Origin: Mytilus trossulus
Lineage: Eukaryota
Assembly (NCBI RefSeq): GCF_036588685.1
Contig: NC_086386.1
Location: 57,846,001-57,910,000, forward strand
Length of the DNA stretch: 64,000 nt
Direction of reading: 5' to 3'
Shown: one piece after another, positions 36,863 through 50,513 of the stretch
Numbering within the stretch: position 1 is the stretch's first letter
How the letters are laid out: each line of letters starts with the position of its first letter
Made by a program: the position numbers and the translations under genes
The notes under the pieces: model-generated
Databases searched by the model: none
Seen by the model: only the letters and a program-made list of their open reading frames with translations
Told to the model about the DNA's origin: nothing

Positions 36863-39800
36863 ATGTTGAAAGTAATACTCCTGTCGGTGTTTGTCCCTCT
36901 TTGTTTGGCGGCTACCACCCCTGCCACCAATAATATTGTTTCTGTACTTGCGGCACGTAGCTCAGAATCAATCTTAGTAGATTTGGTAAAGACAGCTGGA
37001 TTAGCAGATGTTTTGAGCCAAGGAGGTAATTTTGTAAAATAAGAATACTTTCGCTTAGGGTAGTATTTTCGTCATCTTGGGTTTTAAATTAACAGAACAT
37101 GATCGGCCCAGATATGATGCAGAAATACAACAACAAAAATTTAACAAACAAACTAATAGGAGTTTAGGTTAAAACTTAGATTAAGAGTTATTTTTTCGTA
37201 TTTCATTTCACAATTACATTATATTATGACATATTGATATGTTTCCTGTACAAATCATACAAAATGTGTATTTAGTTTCACAACCAGCAGCTTGAAAAAA
37301 GGGGGTATACTATTTCCGATGATTTTGTATGTGGTAAACAATAACAGAAAATTTCCCCCTAAATTTTACCAATTGTAAGCTTTATTATTTCTTTTAGTTG
37401 CTCTTACTTGACAGAGTACCAGGAGAAGCATTAAAAAAGAGTTCACTGTCAAAACCATTTAGAATAAAAACAAACTGGGAATCTGGACAAAATATTGTTG
37501 GATTGACGAAAATAGGGGGACTAAAAAATGTTTAAATACTTCAAACAAAATACAACTTTGTATAGAATTATTAATTTGAATACATGGATATGGCATTTTT
37601 CCTTGGAATTTCCCAAAAATATGTCGCCTTTGCCATGGAAATTACACAAATGTCAAAACAAAATGAAATTTGGTCCAATCTTTATGAAACTTAATACAAA
37701 TGTGACCCGTTAAGTGTATATGTACTATCCAGTTTTTCAAACTGGCTGCTGTTAACATGCAAACAGCAGAACAGTGGTTGAGCTGTTTTAGCATCCTAAC
37801 ACAGGATTACTTGTGTATATATATCAATGGAAACAAGTATGTCTAAACAAGGGAAAACTCTACGACAGCTCCATTCATTGCATGACCAGTGAAGGTGGTA
37901 CACGGCTTCAAACTCAAATTATATTCATATGTACCCTAAACATCAGCACAACAATGTTTAATCTTCAAATTTGAGGAAGCAAAGTTGTGTTTTTTTCTTA
38001 TACGGGATTCGAACTCATGTTATTGAGATATCGAGACCTCACCGCCTGCGTGCAATGTGTCCAGCGCTCTAGACCATTCGGCAACCTAGGCTTAACTCAA
38101 AATTCAACTAGCGGTGACCTCGGTTAACATATCTTCGTCAGTAGAATCTAAGATTTGTAACACAGTACATGATATATTAGGTATGCAGTCAGAATTAATG
38201 GTAGATTAGCTAAAATAATAAATATCTTACTATCTCCCTTTTAGGTCCATTCACAGTTTTTGCACCATATAACTATGCCTTCCAGAGACTTGGAAATGAT
38301 ACTCTTACGGCCCTTAAGAAGGACCCAAACACACTCGCTGAAACCCTCAAATACCACGTTGTCAATGGTATATACAAACTGAAAGATCTTCATGTTAATG
38401 AACTCCAGCTAGACAGTTTGGCAGGAACCAAAATCAGAATCAACTATTATTTTACAGCAAGAGTGAGTTTATTTAAAATTTTGAATTATAAAGGTAAAAA
38501 CTCGAAAAATATAAATAAGATCAAAATTGCAAAAAGCAGGATTTGGTAAATCCTTCCCCGTCACACATTCTTTAACTCTTTTTTAAATACGTTCTTTTTC
38601 TTTTATTTAGAGACATGTAACAGTTGAGGGTTCTAGAATTCTCCAATCAGACATAATGGCCAGTAATGGTGTCATCCATATTGTACATGACGTCATGATG
38701 CCAGCAGCCGGAAGTATTGTTGATGTTTTGACAGCTGATGGAAACTTCTCTACACTTGTAGCTGCAGCAAAGGCCGCTGGTCTTGTCGAGGCCCTTCAAC
38801 GTGAGTAATTTCGAAATATATTGCTAGTGGGTGGGTTTGAATTACTTTACGTTCGTTTAATGAATAACTCAAGCTACTCAGAAGCATGTTAACCACTATT
38901 AATCATGTGTAGCCTTTTTCGTTCTTGATTTCATTCTCAATAAATTTGGAATTAAAATACGAAAATTCAAAAGATGCGTAGATATTTCCGTAACATAAAA
39001 AAGAATATCGAAAGATATAAATTGTGGGATACTGTACTGGATATACTAGTATCCAGACGAAATGTTCACAGAACAGCTTGACGTCACGCAAGATATTACC
39101 CAGAAGCCAAATACGTTGGTGTCAAGAAAAAGAAAACAAGTATAAAACATGTGAGAATTATAATAAGCTTTTCTACGTTTTGGCTCAGATTCTATTATTT
39201 GACAATCAAAATAAAACAATAAAACTTCTTGCTTCACTTGTCCTCAATTCGTCGTGCTTGGCAATGTTTTCGCGGGGTACCAATCTCACTCTATCACCCT
39301 CTCAGCTATGTGTTATTTATATAATGCCACACAAATTTGTCTTAACTTATAAATTATTATTTTGCAGAAGGTCCTTTCACTTTGATGGCACCATCAAATG
39401 CTGCCTTTGCAGCTCTAGGAGACAAAGTTGATAAACTTTTGGCTAACCCAGATCTCCTGAAGAGTAAGTTTCGTTATACAAATGTATGTCAAGTGTATTT
39501 ATGTTAAAGTATGCTAGAACATCATCTTTATGTTTAAACTTGTCCATTTGCCTCACCCTGCATGTATAATTAGTATAAATTTGTCAGTCCTGAAAGAGAG
39601 GCGAAATATACCAAAGGGACATTCAAACTCATCAGTCGAAAATAAACTAACAACGCCTTGCATGGCTCAAAAGAAAACGACAAACAACAGTAAACAAAAC
39701 ACAACATAGAAAACCAAAATACTGAGCAACACGAACCCCGCTAAAACTGGATAGAAGTTACAACAATTGAAACATATCCGTTGTCACTGTGTTATGAAGA

Positions 39801-41037
39801 TTTAATATACTATTCAAACATAAAAGGCATGATTGTATATTAAAACAAAAACAGATACAAATCACCAGAAAATAAATAATAAAACAACCGAAAAATAATA
39901 ATTTAAAATGCAAAAATTCAAAAAACGAAATAAAGTAGTATGACCACTAAGAAACAAAAATCGCAACAACAAACTTTTAAAAAAAAAAATGAAGAAATAT
40001 TTACCTGCTTTATGATTTATGACTTCTTACTTTATCGTTTTAGAGGTCTTATTGTATCACGTTATACCTGGAACAATTTACAGAGACGGTTTACACTCAG
40101 GATCTCTACACACATTGGAAGAAGCAGATCGTGAGCGAATTTCAGCTTCATTCTTTGGTAAGTACAACAAAATAGGCTGGACAAGCGCGGGCATAATGGT
40201 GAATACATGTACTTTATACAGTTTGTATGCTGTTTCTTATATCCTAGCATATGCACATCTTCAGTTTCTCTATGTTTTATTTTTTATCGAAATTGTTTTT
40301 CAAACATGTTGATTTACTTGTCATCTCATTTATATCGGTTTGCTTGTTCTGTTCCTTTTATAGTAGCAGTGACTTTGTCATTTTATGGCAAATGTTTAGT
40401 TTGGATAAGATGTTTGCTAAAAACGTGTATACGAACAACAAAACACAAACACCCCAGCTGCTATATCAATACGCCATCTTTCATATTCCATTTGGGGGGT
40501 TTTCTAATTTGGATAAGAAGAAGAAATTTCAAAAAAAATCTATATATATATATATAGAATTCCACATTCAAAAGTGTATGCAACATGCATTTACAAACAA
40601 TTGGCGGAAAGTTTATGCCTTTGAGAGGGGGTTCCAGATAACCTGCACAATCTCTTTCAGATCCTTAACAAAATTACATCTATGATGGATGATTTTGGAA
40701 TCTATTTTAGCATTTTTCCTATTCTATTTTTATGATGAAACTACCATCTAACTGTTCACAGCCTTCATCTCGAACCTTCGTAAAGTGGTTCTGTCAAATA
40801 TTAGGAACTGTTTGTTTGGACCCGCAAATACCTATGCAACACATTTGCAGTTACTTAAAGCGTATAGTTATGATAAGCAACTGTTGACTTTTGGTTTTTC
40901 TTGTAGGATCAACTGTCCATGTTGATGGAACAACAAGCGTCATCAAACCAGATATCAGCGCCACCAATGGAGTCGTCCACATGATTAACCACGTGCTCAT
41001 CCCAAGCTCATTGAGAACACAAATCATGAATTTATAA
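36863..41037 (+). CDS. secreted two-FAS1 protein C, 303 aa
   Basis: Exons 36863-37025, 38245-38462, 38611-38800, 39368-39463, 40044-40157, 40907-41037, all GT-AG, total 912 nt, open. Signal peptide MLKVILLSVFVPLCLA. Motifs GPFTVFAPYNYAF, LKYHVV, ASNGVIHIVHDV; GPFTLMAPSNAAF, LLYHVI, ATNGVVHMINHVL. AATAAA at 41044. Confidence 0.92.
37810..38090 (-). mobile_element. tRNA-derived SINE
   Basis: The minus-strand head gcctaggttgccgaatggtctagagcg...gagttcgaatccc has Pol III A- and B-box matches. A related fragment lies at ~55410-55488. Confidence 0.6.
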
Positions 41038-41518
41038 TTACATAATAAATAAAATGTGTATTTATCTATTTATCTAATTTCTTTATCTAAATTTATATAT
41101 CTATAGAGAGGCCAAGGATACCCAATGGATCGTTAAATTGATACGCCAAAAACAAACTGGCAATAATAAACGAAAATGACGAAAAAATACTAACAACATT
41201 ACACTAAACACAACATAGCTATAACTACAGACTGAGAAACAGCATGTAATACCACTGATAACTGAGGGAGATCTATGTACTCCTTGAAATTATTTCACAG
41301 TTCATAAAATGTAATGTAACACAGCTTCACTCCAAAGAGCGCTAGTACTTTAATGTTGTAGCAATACTGGAATAGAAAAACAAAAGAGATTGGTTTTCCT
41401 TTCATAACACAAAATCAGTACAGCCACATCAAAACACATACAAAAAGCAAAGGAACAGCAATTTAATTGCTAACAATCTCCCAGTCACAATAAGGTTTTC
41501 AACACAGAGCATAAAAAA

Positions 41519-43300
41519 AAATCTCACTTCAGTGCAAGTTTAATACTTCCCCGAGAACTGTTTTGAACTTCAGTGGTACTTTTTGTAAAAATAATTTGAA
41601 TATATACTTTGTAAGATGTAACATCAGTAAATCGGGCCCGGTCAGAAAAAAATAGACTGCCAAGTATCACCTATATATAACAACATAGTTTTTTTTATAT
41701 GGTATGTATACATGTAGATTTTTTTTTAGTAATTAAGGTATCAGACGAAATGTGATCTTTGCAGAACTTTTGCACAGTTTGGTGTTTTGCAGAACATGGT
41801 ATCTTCTTTGATTTAACCTATCAAAATCCGAGAACGATAGATTCTACTTTCTTTTGAAAAGACAATTTGGTATCCTCGGAACTTTCACATTGATACACAC
41901 CTTCAAAAATTTGAAATCTGATATTTAATTGGCTGATGTCATGATTACCAGAATGGGCTGTTGTCATGTCCTTGTAGGATGACACAAAGTCATGATCTGC
42001 AGTTCAATCAGATTGCTAAACATCTTACTTAAATGAGATGCATACATGGAGCTGTAAAAGAATACATATACCATTCAAGCGTATCTAACCTTGCTCTTTG
42101 ATTTGTGGTTTTTGATTTTTACGAAAATTGCAGTTTTTACAAGTTTTGGAGTGTTGGCACGAGTATAATTCCCACACATTCATAACCAGTTCTATTTCTA
42201 AGTATTCAACTGCAGAATTTCTTAATTTGCTAGTACATTTGACGTTTTGTTTTTCTGAGCAGTTGTGTTATTGTCTGTTGTCTTTTGAGATGGAAGACAA
42301 AAGGTTTTACATTTTTCAAACGTACTACGTACTATCATAAATAAATAGTGGTGTTAGCCGTGTATGACTTATCACTTATTTTCATTGGCGGATTCAGAAA
42401 TTTTCACAAATGGGGGGAAACTGACTGCTTACGAAAGGGCCCGTTTCAGTAATGGCTTTATTATGCTTCAGTGATTCATTATGTATTCAACCAAATGTCC
42501 ACAGAAAAGCGGCAGGCCCACTGGGTCCCCTCTAAATCATGCCTCTAATATTTACCAGAATGAGAATGTCTTGAGTGAAGTTGCTTCTTGATATTTAAAT
42601 CTATTTTACAATATAATATTGCTGTGACTGATATTAATTACATTTTCTTCCTTCGCGACAAATATAGCTGATCTGCGACATACATGTACCGTATGTCATC
42701 TTCTTCTTACAAAAGAGCAAGTACTGCGATACAACTCACTACAAATTCGACGAGGAAAGGCATAACTCAACAAACGTAGAATATATGTTGTATAGCCTTG
42801 TTAACCAAGTGGTCAAGAGCTATGATCGTGCATATTGCGCACGTTCTTGCCATGAGTTATAAATGCAAGGGTTCGCATCAATTGAACGCTGGCATTGGTG
42901 GATCCAAGAGGGGAGGGTTTTTTTTGGCCGGTCAATGCATTTAAATGGGGACATATAGTTGGAACCCTCCCCCTTTTTTTGTCCTGGTTTTGGACCCCCT
43001 TTTTGTTAAATGGCTGAATCCGCCCCTGGCTGTAGATAAACATCGTTGGGCCAACCAAAGTATATAATTATGTAAATTTAAATCAGCAAGGAAATGATAC
43101 AAAGGATATGTTAAAGACGTTTAACATGTGTTTAATGTACCACTTTGTATAACTGTTTCATTTTGGTTGTTTGGAAAAGTTTTTCATTTTTTATAAAATA
43201 ATCATCAGAGACTACATGAAATGCGTTTATCAGTAGATGGGACTTTAATTTTGTGGAAGAGCGCTTGAATGCTAGATATTTGGGACATTTACAGGAAAAC
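41519..43300 (+). repeat. direct duplication, copy 1 (copy 2 at ~50069-52489)
   Basis: Colinear shared strings from aatctcacttcagtgcaag through gaaatgtgatctttgcagaacttttgcaca and caaaagagcaagtactgcgatacaactcact to gatatttgggacatttacaggaaaac. Confidence 0.85.
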
Positions 43301-44399
43301 AGGCAAATCCCAGGTTATAGTAAAAGATTTCTATCATATCGTACACGAAGCAAGGTTTATACCAACAAAAAAGCTTTAAAGGGTGATGCAGATGGCATAT
43401 TCATAACAGAAAACTTAACACAGTATAGAACTGGTCTTACACAAAAGTTAGCCGATCTGAAGTATAACCATAAAATTTTCGCATACTGGACATCCGATGG
43501 TCGCATATTTGCCAAAACAATAGATAAGGCACCAAAAAACTAATCAAAAACTATGACGATATAACAGCTCTTGAGACAACCACAGACGACGACAATCAAC
43601 ATTTATCCCCAGGTACCACCAATCAAAACAGCGATGAGAACCACAATAATGGCACAGATTAGATTACAAAAACATAAATAGTGTAAATATATGTATCTTA
43701 GACAGTTGTTACTTGTTCGTTAAATGTCTCTAATATACATTTTAAAAATTGCTTCATGTGTTATTAATATTGCTAGCAAGTTAATCTAGTATAACTTAAT
43801 TGTATCAAAAAGTGTCAAACTATTAAAACGTCTGAATAAATTCATAAACTCAGGCTACAATGAGAAAATAGTATATAAAAAATCAAGTTATACGTTTTTC
43901 TTTCTTTTTCCTTTTGACATATTTTCCTAATATCGATTTTGTTGTTGGTATTTCTTTTATTTTCTATTAATTTAATCAAATATATATATAATTCTTGAAA
44001 CCTCGTTTAAAGAATATTTATACTGGCATCTGTTTGTCAGTTATAGTTACAAGAAGCAAATTTAAATAAACAACAACATATAATTGTCCCAAATAATTTA
44101 TATACTGCTATCAAATATTGCAATTGAGTTTATCATAGTTGTAGGAAATCAATTTCAAGTCATGTTATCAGATGTTATATGTATATTTCATGTGCAGCTT
44201 AATCAGCATCTTCATAATTGTTGATATCATAAAAACTATAAATCCAAAAAAAGCGTCAGGCCCGGATGTCATTAGTCATAAGATGCTTAAAATTTGTCCC
44301 GAAAAAATTGCAATTCCATTATGTATTATATTTATTAAATCCATACATCAGTGCAAATATCCTTCTAGCTGGAAAATTGCAAATGTTATAGCAATATTT

Positions 44400-46210
44400 A
44401 ACTAGAGACTCTAAAGAGCCTGTGTCGCTCACCTTGGTCTATGTGAATATTAAACAAAGGACGCAGATGGATTCATGACAAAATTGTGTTTTTGTGATGG
44501 TGAAGTGTTTGTACATCTTATTTTACTGAACATTCGTGCTGCTTACAATTATTTCTATCTATATTGAACTTGGCCCAGTAGTTTCAGTGGAAAATGTTAG
44601 TTAAAATTTACAAATTTCATGAAAATTGTTTAAAATTGACTATAAAGGGCAATAACTCCTAAAGGGGTCAACTGACCATTTTGGTCATATTACTTATTTT
44701 GTAGATCATACTTTGCTGAACATTATTGCTGTTTACAGTTTATCTCAATCTATAACAATATTCAAGATAATAACCAAAAACAGTAAAATTTCCCTAAAAT
44801 TACCAATTCAGGGACAGCAACCCAACAACGGGTTTTCTGATTCATCTGAAAATTTCAGGGCAGATAGTCTTGATCTGAAAAACAGTCTAACCTATGTCAG
44901 ATTTGCTCTAAATGCTTTGGTTTTTGAGTTATAAGCCATTAACTGCATTTTACCCCTATTTCAGTCTATTTGTAGCCATGGCAGCCATCTTGGTTGGTTG
45001 GCCGGGTCACGCCACACATTTTTTGAACTAGATACCCCAAAGATGATTGTGGTCAAGTTTGGATTAGTTTGGCATGGTAGTTTCAGAGGAGAAGATTTTT
45101 GTAAAAGATTACCAAGATTAACGCAAAATGGTTAAAAATTGATTAGAAAGGGCAATAACTCCTAAAGGGGTCAACTGACCATTTTGATTATGCTGACTTA
45201 TTTGTAGATCTTACCTTGCTGAACATTATTGCTGTTTACAGTTTATCTCTATCTATAATAATATTCAAGATAATAACCAAAAACAGCAAAATTCCCTACA
45301 ATTACCAATTCAGGGGCAGCAACCCAACAACGTGTCGTCCTATTCATCTGAAAACTTCAGGGCAAATAGATCTTGACCATATAAACAATTTTACTCCATC
45401 AGATTTGCTCTTAAAGGTTTGTTTTTGAGTTATAAACCAAAAACTGCATTTTACCCTTATGTTCTATTTTTAGCCATGGCAGCCATCTTGGTTAGTTGGC
45501 CGGGTCATGCCACACATTTTTTAAACTAGATACCCCAATGATGATTATGGCCAAGTTTGGTTTAATTTGGCCCGGTAGTTTCAGAGAAGAAGATTTTTGT
45601 AAAAGATTACTAAGATTAACGAAAAATGGTTAAAAATTGACTATAAAGGGCAATAACTCCTAAAGGGGTCAACTGACCATTTTGGTTATGTTGACTTATT
45701 TGTAGCTCTGACTTTGCTAAACATTATTGCTGTTTATAGTTTATCTCTATCTATAATAATATTCAAGATAATAAGCGAAAACGGACAAAATTTCCCTAAA
45801 ATTACCAATTCAGGGCAGCAACCCAACAACGGGTTGTCCGATTCATCTGAAAATTTCAGGGCAGATAGATCTTGACCTGATGAACAATTTTACCCCGTCA
45901 AATTTGCATTTTACCCTTATGTTCAAATTTGCTCTGAATGCTTTGGTTTTTGTTTGAGTTATAAGCCAAAAACTGCATTTTACCCCATTGTTCTATTTTT
46001 AGCCATGGCAGCCATCTTAGTTGGTTTGACGGGTCACGCCACACATTTTTTAAACTAGATACCCCAATGATGATTGTGTTTGATTTAATTTGACCAGGTA
46101 GTTTTGGAAGGGAAGATTTTTGTAAAAGTTAACGACGACGACGACGGACGACGGACGACGGACGCCAAGTGATGAGAAAAGCTCACTCGGCCCTTCTGGC
46201 CAGGTGAGCT
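44400..46210 (+). mobile_element. Helentron-associated (HINE/pearl-like) non-autonomous element with three ~500-bp tandem units, inserted in LINE ORF2
   Basis: Unit marker gggcaataactcctaaaggggtcaactgaccatttt at 44647, 45151 and 45649. A (gac/gacg)n tract near 46133 and a terminal hairpin agctcac...gtgagct. Removing the element restores ..AIF-KKGD... Confidence 0.8.
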
Positions 46211-46381
46211 AAAAAGGGGGATAGTTCATTACCTTCAAACTATAGACCTATATCACTCATAAGTTGCATAGGCAAAGTCATGGAACGTGTTGTATATAAA
46301 TATGTTTACAACCACTTACAAAAGATTTAAATTAATTTATGAGTATCAATCGGGTTTTATTCCTAAATGTTCAACGGTTCG

Positions 46382-47239
46382 CTACGGAAGCCGATAAGGG
46401 CCATTCAAAAAAAAAATATGTCGTAATTTCGACATAACATGTCGTTATTACGACATCACTATGTCGTAATTTCGACATAGCATGTCGTTATTACGACATC
46501 ACTATGTCGTAATTTCGACATAACATGTCGTTATAACGACATCGCTATGTCGTAATTTCGACATATCATGTCGTAATAACGACATCACTATGTCGTTATA
46601 ACGACATCGCTATGTCGTAATAACGACATTGCTATATATAAAAGAATATGTATTATGATTGCCAAGAGACTAAATGACACAGATATTAACAACTATACGT
46701 CATCATAATGCCCCCAATAATTAGAAAAGCCCCCGCATAGTTAGCTATAAAAGAGGGAGGAAAGATACCAATAGAATACATTAAATATGAAATTTGGAGT
46801 TTTACCAAGGGAGCTAATAATTGAATAATAACACTGTCTGTCACACAGCATTTCGGGGACTCTCCCTCTGGTAGCTTTCTTCCCTCTTTTATAGCTGACC
46901 ATGCCGGGGCTTTTATAATTATGGGGGACATTATGATGACGTATAATTGTTAATTTCTTTGTCATTTAGTCTCTTGCCAATCATAATACATATTCTTTTA
47001 AATATAGCGATGTCGTTATTACGACATAGCTATGTCGTTAAAACGACATAATGATGTCGTTATTACGACATGATATGTCGAAATTACGACATAGCGATGT
47101 CGTTATAACGACATGTTATGTCGAAATTACGACATAGCGATGTCGTAATAACGACATGTTATGTCGAAATTACGACATGCTATGTCGTAATAACGACATA
47201 AATTATTTTTTTTTGAATGGCCCTTATCGGCTTCCGTAG
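46382..47239. mobile_element. foldback DNA element with ~390-bp arms and a TTCG target-site duplication, inserted in LINE ORF2
   Basis: TIR ctacggaagccgataagggccattcaaaaaaaa is perfectly mirrored. The arms carry ~20-bp palindromic units atgtcgt(a/t)at(t/a)(a/t)cgacat. TTCG at 46378-46381 and 47240-47243. Removal restores STVRQLLEIY. Confidence 0.9.
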
Positions 47240-47439
47240 TTCGCCAACTGTTAGAAATATATAATTGCATATTGAACTCACTTGAAAAGAAAGAGATAAG
47301 TTGTTTTGTTTTTTGCGATTTTTCTAGAGCCTTCGGTAAAGTTTGGCATGATGGTTTATTACATAAAATGAAGGCTTATGGTATAAATGGAAATCTGTTA
47401 AAATGGTTTAGAAGCTACTTAAGTGATAGAAAATAAAGG

Positions 47440-48752
47440 GTGGTTATCAAGCAATCTTCTTCAAAACTTTGCAGTATTTCAGCTGGAGTTCCTCAAGGGT
47501 CGGTCCTGGGACCATTACTTTTTATAATATATATTAATGATATTGCAGAAAGACTTATTTCTCTGTGCAGACTCTTCGCAGATGACACATCGTTCAGCTG
47601 TGCAGATCGTGATGCTTTTCAGATAGAAACTGTGATAAACCATGATCTAGAAAAGCTGAACGAATGGTCCAAAAAATGGTTAATGTCTTTTAATCCAGAT
47701 AAAACAGAAATTATGTTATTTTCTAATGTTGAAACCTTAGAAATGAACTTTATATTCAATGATAAAAATATACCTATTACAATATGAATAAACATTATGG
47801 GGTTACATTTAGCAATGATGCTAAATCGAATGCCCACGTTGATAATATTATCTTAAGCACGTCTAAACATATAAATATGCTAAGGAAGTTGAAATATAAA
47901 CTGAGCAGGAAATATTTAGAAAAACTCTATTTAGTTTTTATAAGACCTTTATTTGAGTATGCAAGTGAGGTTTGGGATACTATTGGGGTAGGTTATGTCA
48001 ATAAACTGGAGCAATTACAGCTCCAAGCTGCTTGGATAGTTACGGGGTTACCTATATTCACAAGCTCAAGGGTTATTTATGAAGAACTTGGTTGGGAAAA
48101 ATTAGCTGAAAGAAGAGAGAGAAGAAAAATCCAAATGTTTTATAATTTTCAAAATAAAAACGTTCCAGAATATTTGTCAAATTTAATTCCCCAAAAAATA
48201 CAAAGTATGACGGTCTATCCTCTACGCAATGGAAATGACATCATTATTCCATTCTGTAGACTAGCATTAACTAATGATTCTTTTATTCCATCAACCATAC
48301 GTCTTTGGAATAATCTTGATGATTCAACTCGTGATGTGGAATCAATTAATAAATTTAAAACTGAACTAAAAAACCGTTATCCTCAGAGTAATATATTTGT
48401 ACCGAAGCAATATGAATTTGGAAATCGAAAATTGAACATAATTCTCACACAACTTCGATGTTTTGCATCATCCTTAAACTATGATCTATATAGGGTCAAC
48501 ATTATTTCTGACCCTTCCTGCCGCTGTGGTGTTAATCGTGAAGATTCCTATCATTTCTTTTTTAAATGTATATTATATTCAGAAATACGAAATAAAATGT
48601 TTGAAAGTCTGCGCTGGCTTCCAAATGATTGTAAAATTAACATAGAACTACTTACCTCGGGTAGTTGTCTTCTTTCTATAGAGCAAAACCAAACCATTTT
48701 CAAAAATGTCTTTGATTTTATTAAAAGTTCGGAAAGATTTCAAATTGTCTAG
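47440..48752 (+). pseudogene. reverse transcriptase and C-terminal part of LINE ORF2 (frameshifted)
   Basis: ORFs 47440-47787 (PQGSVLGP, FADD) and 47784-48752 overlap in different frames. In-frame stop just upstream at ~47434. Confidence 0.88.
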
Positions 48753-49800
48753 GTAGCAAACCATGATCGCACACACATCATCATCTAAGTAAGATTTCTT
48801 CTCCCTTTTTTTGTCCTTTTTATTTTTTTCGTTTTTGTTTTGTTTTTTATTAAAAAAAATTATTTTTTGTTTATTTTTTGTTCTTTTCTGTTTTCAAAAT
48901 AATTTATTTATTTATGTATTTTTATTTTTATTTGTTTTTTCTGTATTATTATTGTTTGCTTTTTCTTCAATTTTCCGTCTTTTGGTCCATATTTATATAT
49001 ACATTTACTAAATAGATATCGGTGTGAGCCAAGGCTCCGTGTTGAAGGCCGTACTTTAACCTAATAAGTATAATGGTTTAATTTTTAAATTGTTATTTGG
49101 ATGGAGAGTTGTCTCATTGGCACTCACACCACATCTTCCTATATCTATACCATTCTTTACATGCATGCTCATACATATATTTTTGTATTATATTGCTATA
49201 AATGTTAAATGGAAAAGACTTCATATTAAGTCTGTTTGACTTGTGTCTTATCCAATTTGTACTTTAACAAATAAAATATGTTTAAACTAAAACCCGACAA
49301 AATCCATCAGAATCCAACACAAAAAATAGACACACCCGAATTAATCAAGGCATCAACACAAAGGGACGTCACATTTGAAATTGTAAAAAAAGGCCAAAAA
49401 ATGACGTCACATTTAAATGAATAAAGCTTTATCTTACCTCCTATACATTTCTAGGAATATGATTGGTTAAAAGCGACCTCGTGGAGACCGTGTATATTCA
49501 ATATTAGGTTAGTAGGGAGGCGGGGCTTATTTCAATATTAGGTTAGTAGTAAATTTGCGACTTAGGCACTGTTTGATTATTTCAAATATTGAAAGTTCTT
49601 TTTAATATTGTTATATCAAGGTTGTTAATTATAAATATCTATCGTTTACATTAGTTTTTTTAGTGCATATCAATTGAAGTAGGTTCTTAAAATTGAACAC
49701 CTGAACACTTTAATACAGAAATAAGGAGATGTGTTATGAAAGCAAATAAGACAACTTTAGTCTAAATTCAACACATAAAGATAGTCGGTAAGATAAATTC

Positions 49801-49939
49801 GTTACATAGTGTGCTAGTGACCTAATATGATATATACAGGGTAAGTAAATTCCATATGGGGTTCGAGCTTCGCTCTCACCCCATATGGAATTTACTGACC
49901 CTGTATATATCATATTAGGTCACTAACACACTATGTAAC
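49801..49939. repeat. near-perfect 139-bp palindrome (hairpin MITE)
   Basis: About 60-bp arms gttacatagtgtg.tagtgacctaatatgatatatacagggt.agtaaattccatatgggg with two mismatches and a short loop. Confidence 0.9.
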
Positions 49940-50214
49940 TAATAATATATAGTTCAGTCAAAAATAAGATAGAATTAGGATTGATTTAATATTACATACA
50001 TTGATTAGCAAAGGAATAGTGATTTTATTGCTTTCTTCATCTCAAAGTTACATTGAGTTGTTCAACACAAAATCTCACTTCAGTGCAAGAATCGGCCCCT
50101 AGCACTGTCTTTAGTGGTATTCTTTACACAAAAAAGTTGTATAGACTTTGTAAGATGTAACACGACCAAATTAGGCCCGGTAGAAAATAAGTATCAGCTA
50201 TGTACAACAACATA

Positions 50215-50513
50215 GTTATACCCCCGCTTTAAAAAGGGGGTATACTGTTTTACCTCTGTCTGTCCTTCCGTCAGTCCGTCAGGTCGTCCGTCCCATGAAT
50301 ATTTTTCGTCGCATTTTTCTCAGGAACTACAATACAAGGATTTCTGAAATTTGTTTCAGGATTTATATAAGTCAGCTATACCGTGTGATGCGTTTTCAGA
50401 TTCATCACTGGACAACTCCCTGTTTACCGAACACTTGCATATTTTTACACTATTTATATTATCCACTTGCGGCGGGGGTATCATCAGTGAGCAGTAGCTC
50501 GCAGTTTCACTTG
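50215..50513. mobile_element. short HINE/pearl-like element
   Basis: 5' hairpin tatacccccg..gggggtata, a (ccgt/ctgt)n tract and subterminal ggcgggggtat. It is absent from the paralogous position in duplication copy 1. Confidence 0.7.

Larger units (their letters stand above)
43301..49293 (+). mobile_element. decayed 5'-truncated non-LTR retrotransposon (CR1/L2 group LINE) with two nested insertions
   Basis: ORF1 C-terminus (IFITENLT...WTSDGRI, to 43543). ORF2 pieces KASGPD..SWKIANVIAIF|KKGD..NYRPISL..YQSGF..STVRQL, GVPQGSVLGPLLF, LFADDT and C-terminal CRCG..EDSYHFFFKC (to 48752), with stops and frameshifts. Endonuclease region absent. Probable tail aataaaatatgtttaaactaaaac. Confidence 0.9.

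Noticed and set aside
28094-41037. Genes B and C as a single four-FAS1 TGFBI/periostin ortholog
   Set aside because: B has its own stop and poly(A) signal and C has its own signal peptide. There is no EMI domain, so no gene symbol was assigned.
42795-42894. Functional tRNA gene
   Set aside because: The B-box is degenerate, the acceptor and T stems are weak, and the loop differs from the paralogous copy.
46382-47239. Regularly spaced ~20-bp palindromic repeats resembling a CRISPR array
   Set aside because: The units are adjacent with only 2-3 nt between them, there are no unique spacers or cas genes, the context is eukaryotic, and the array lies inside TIRs with a TSD.
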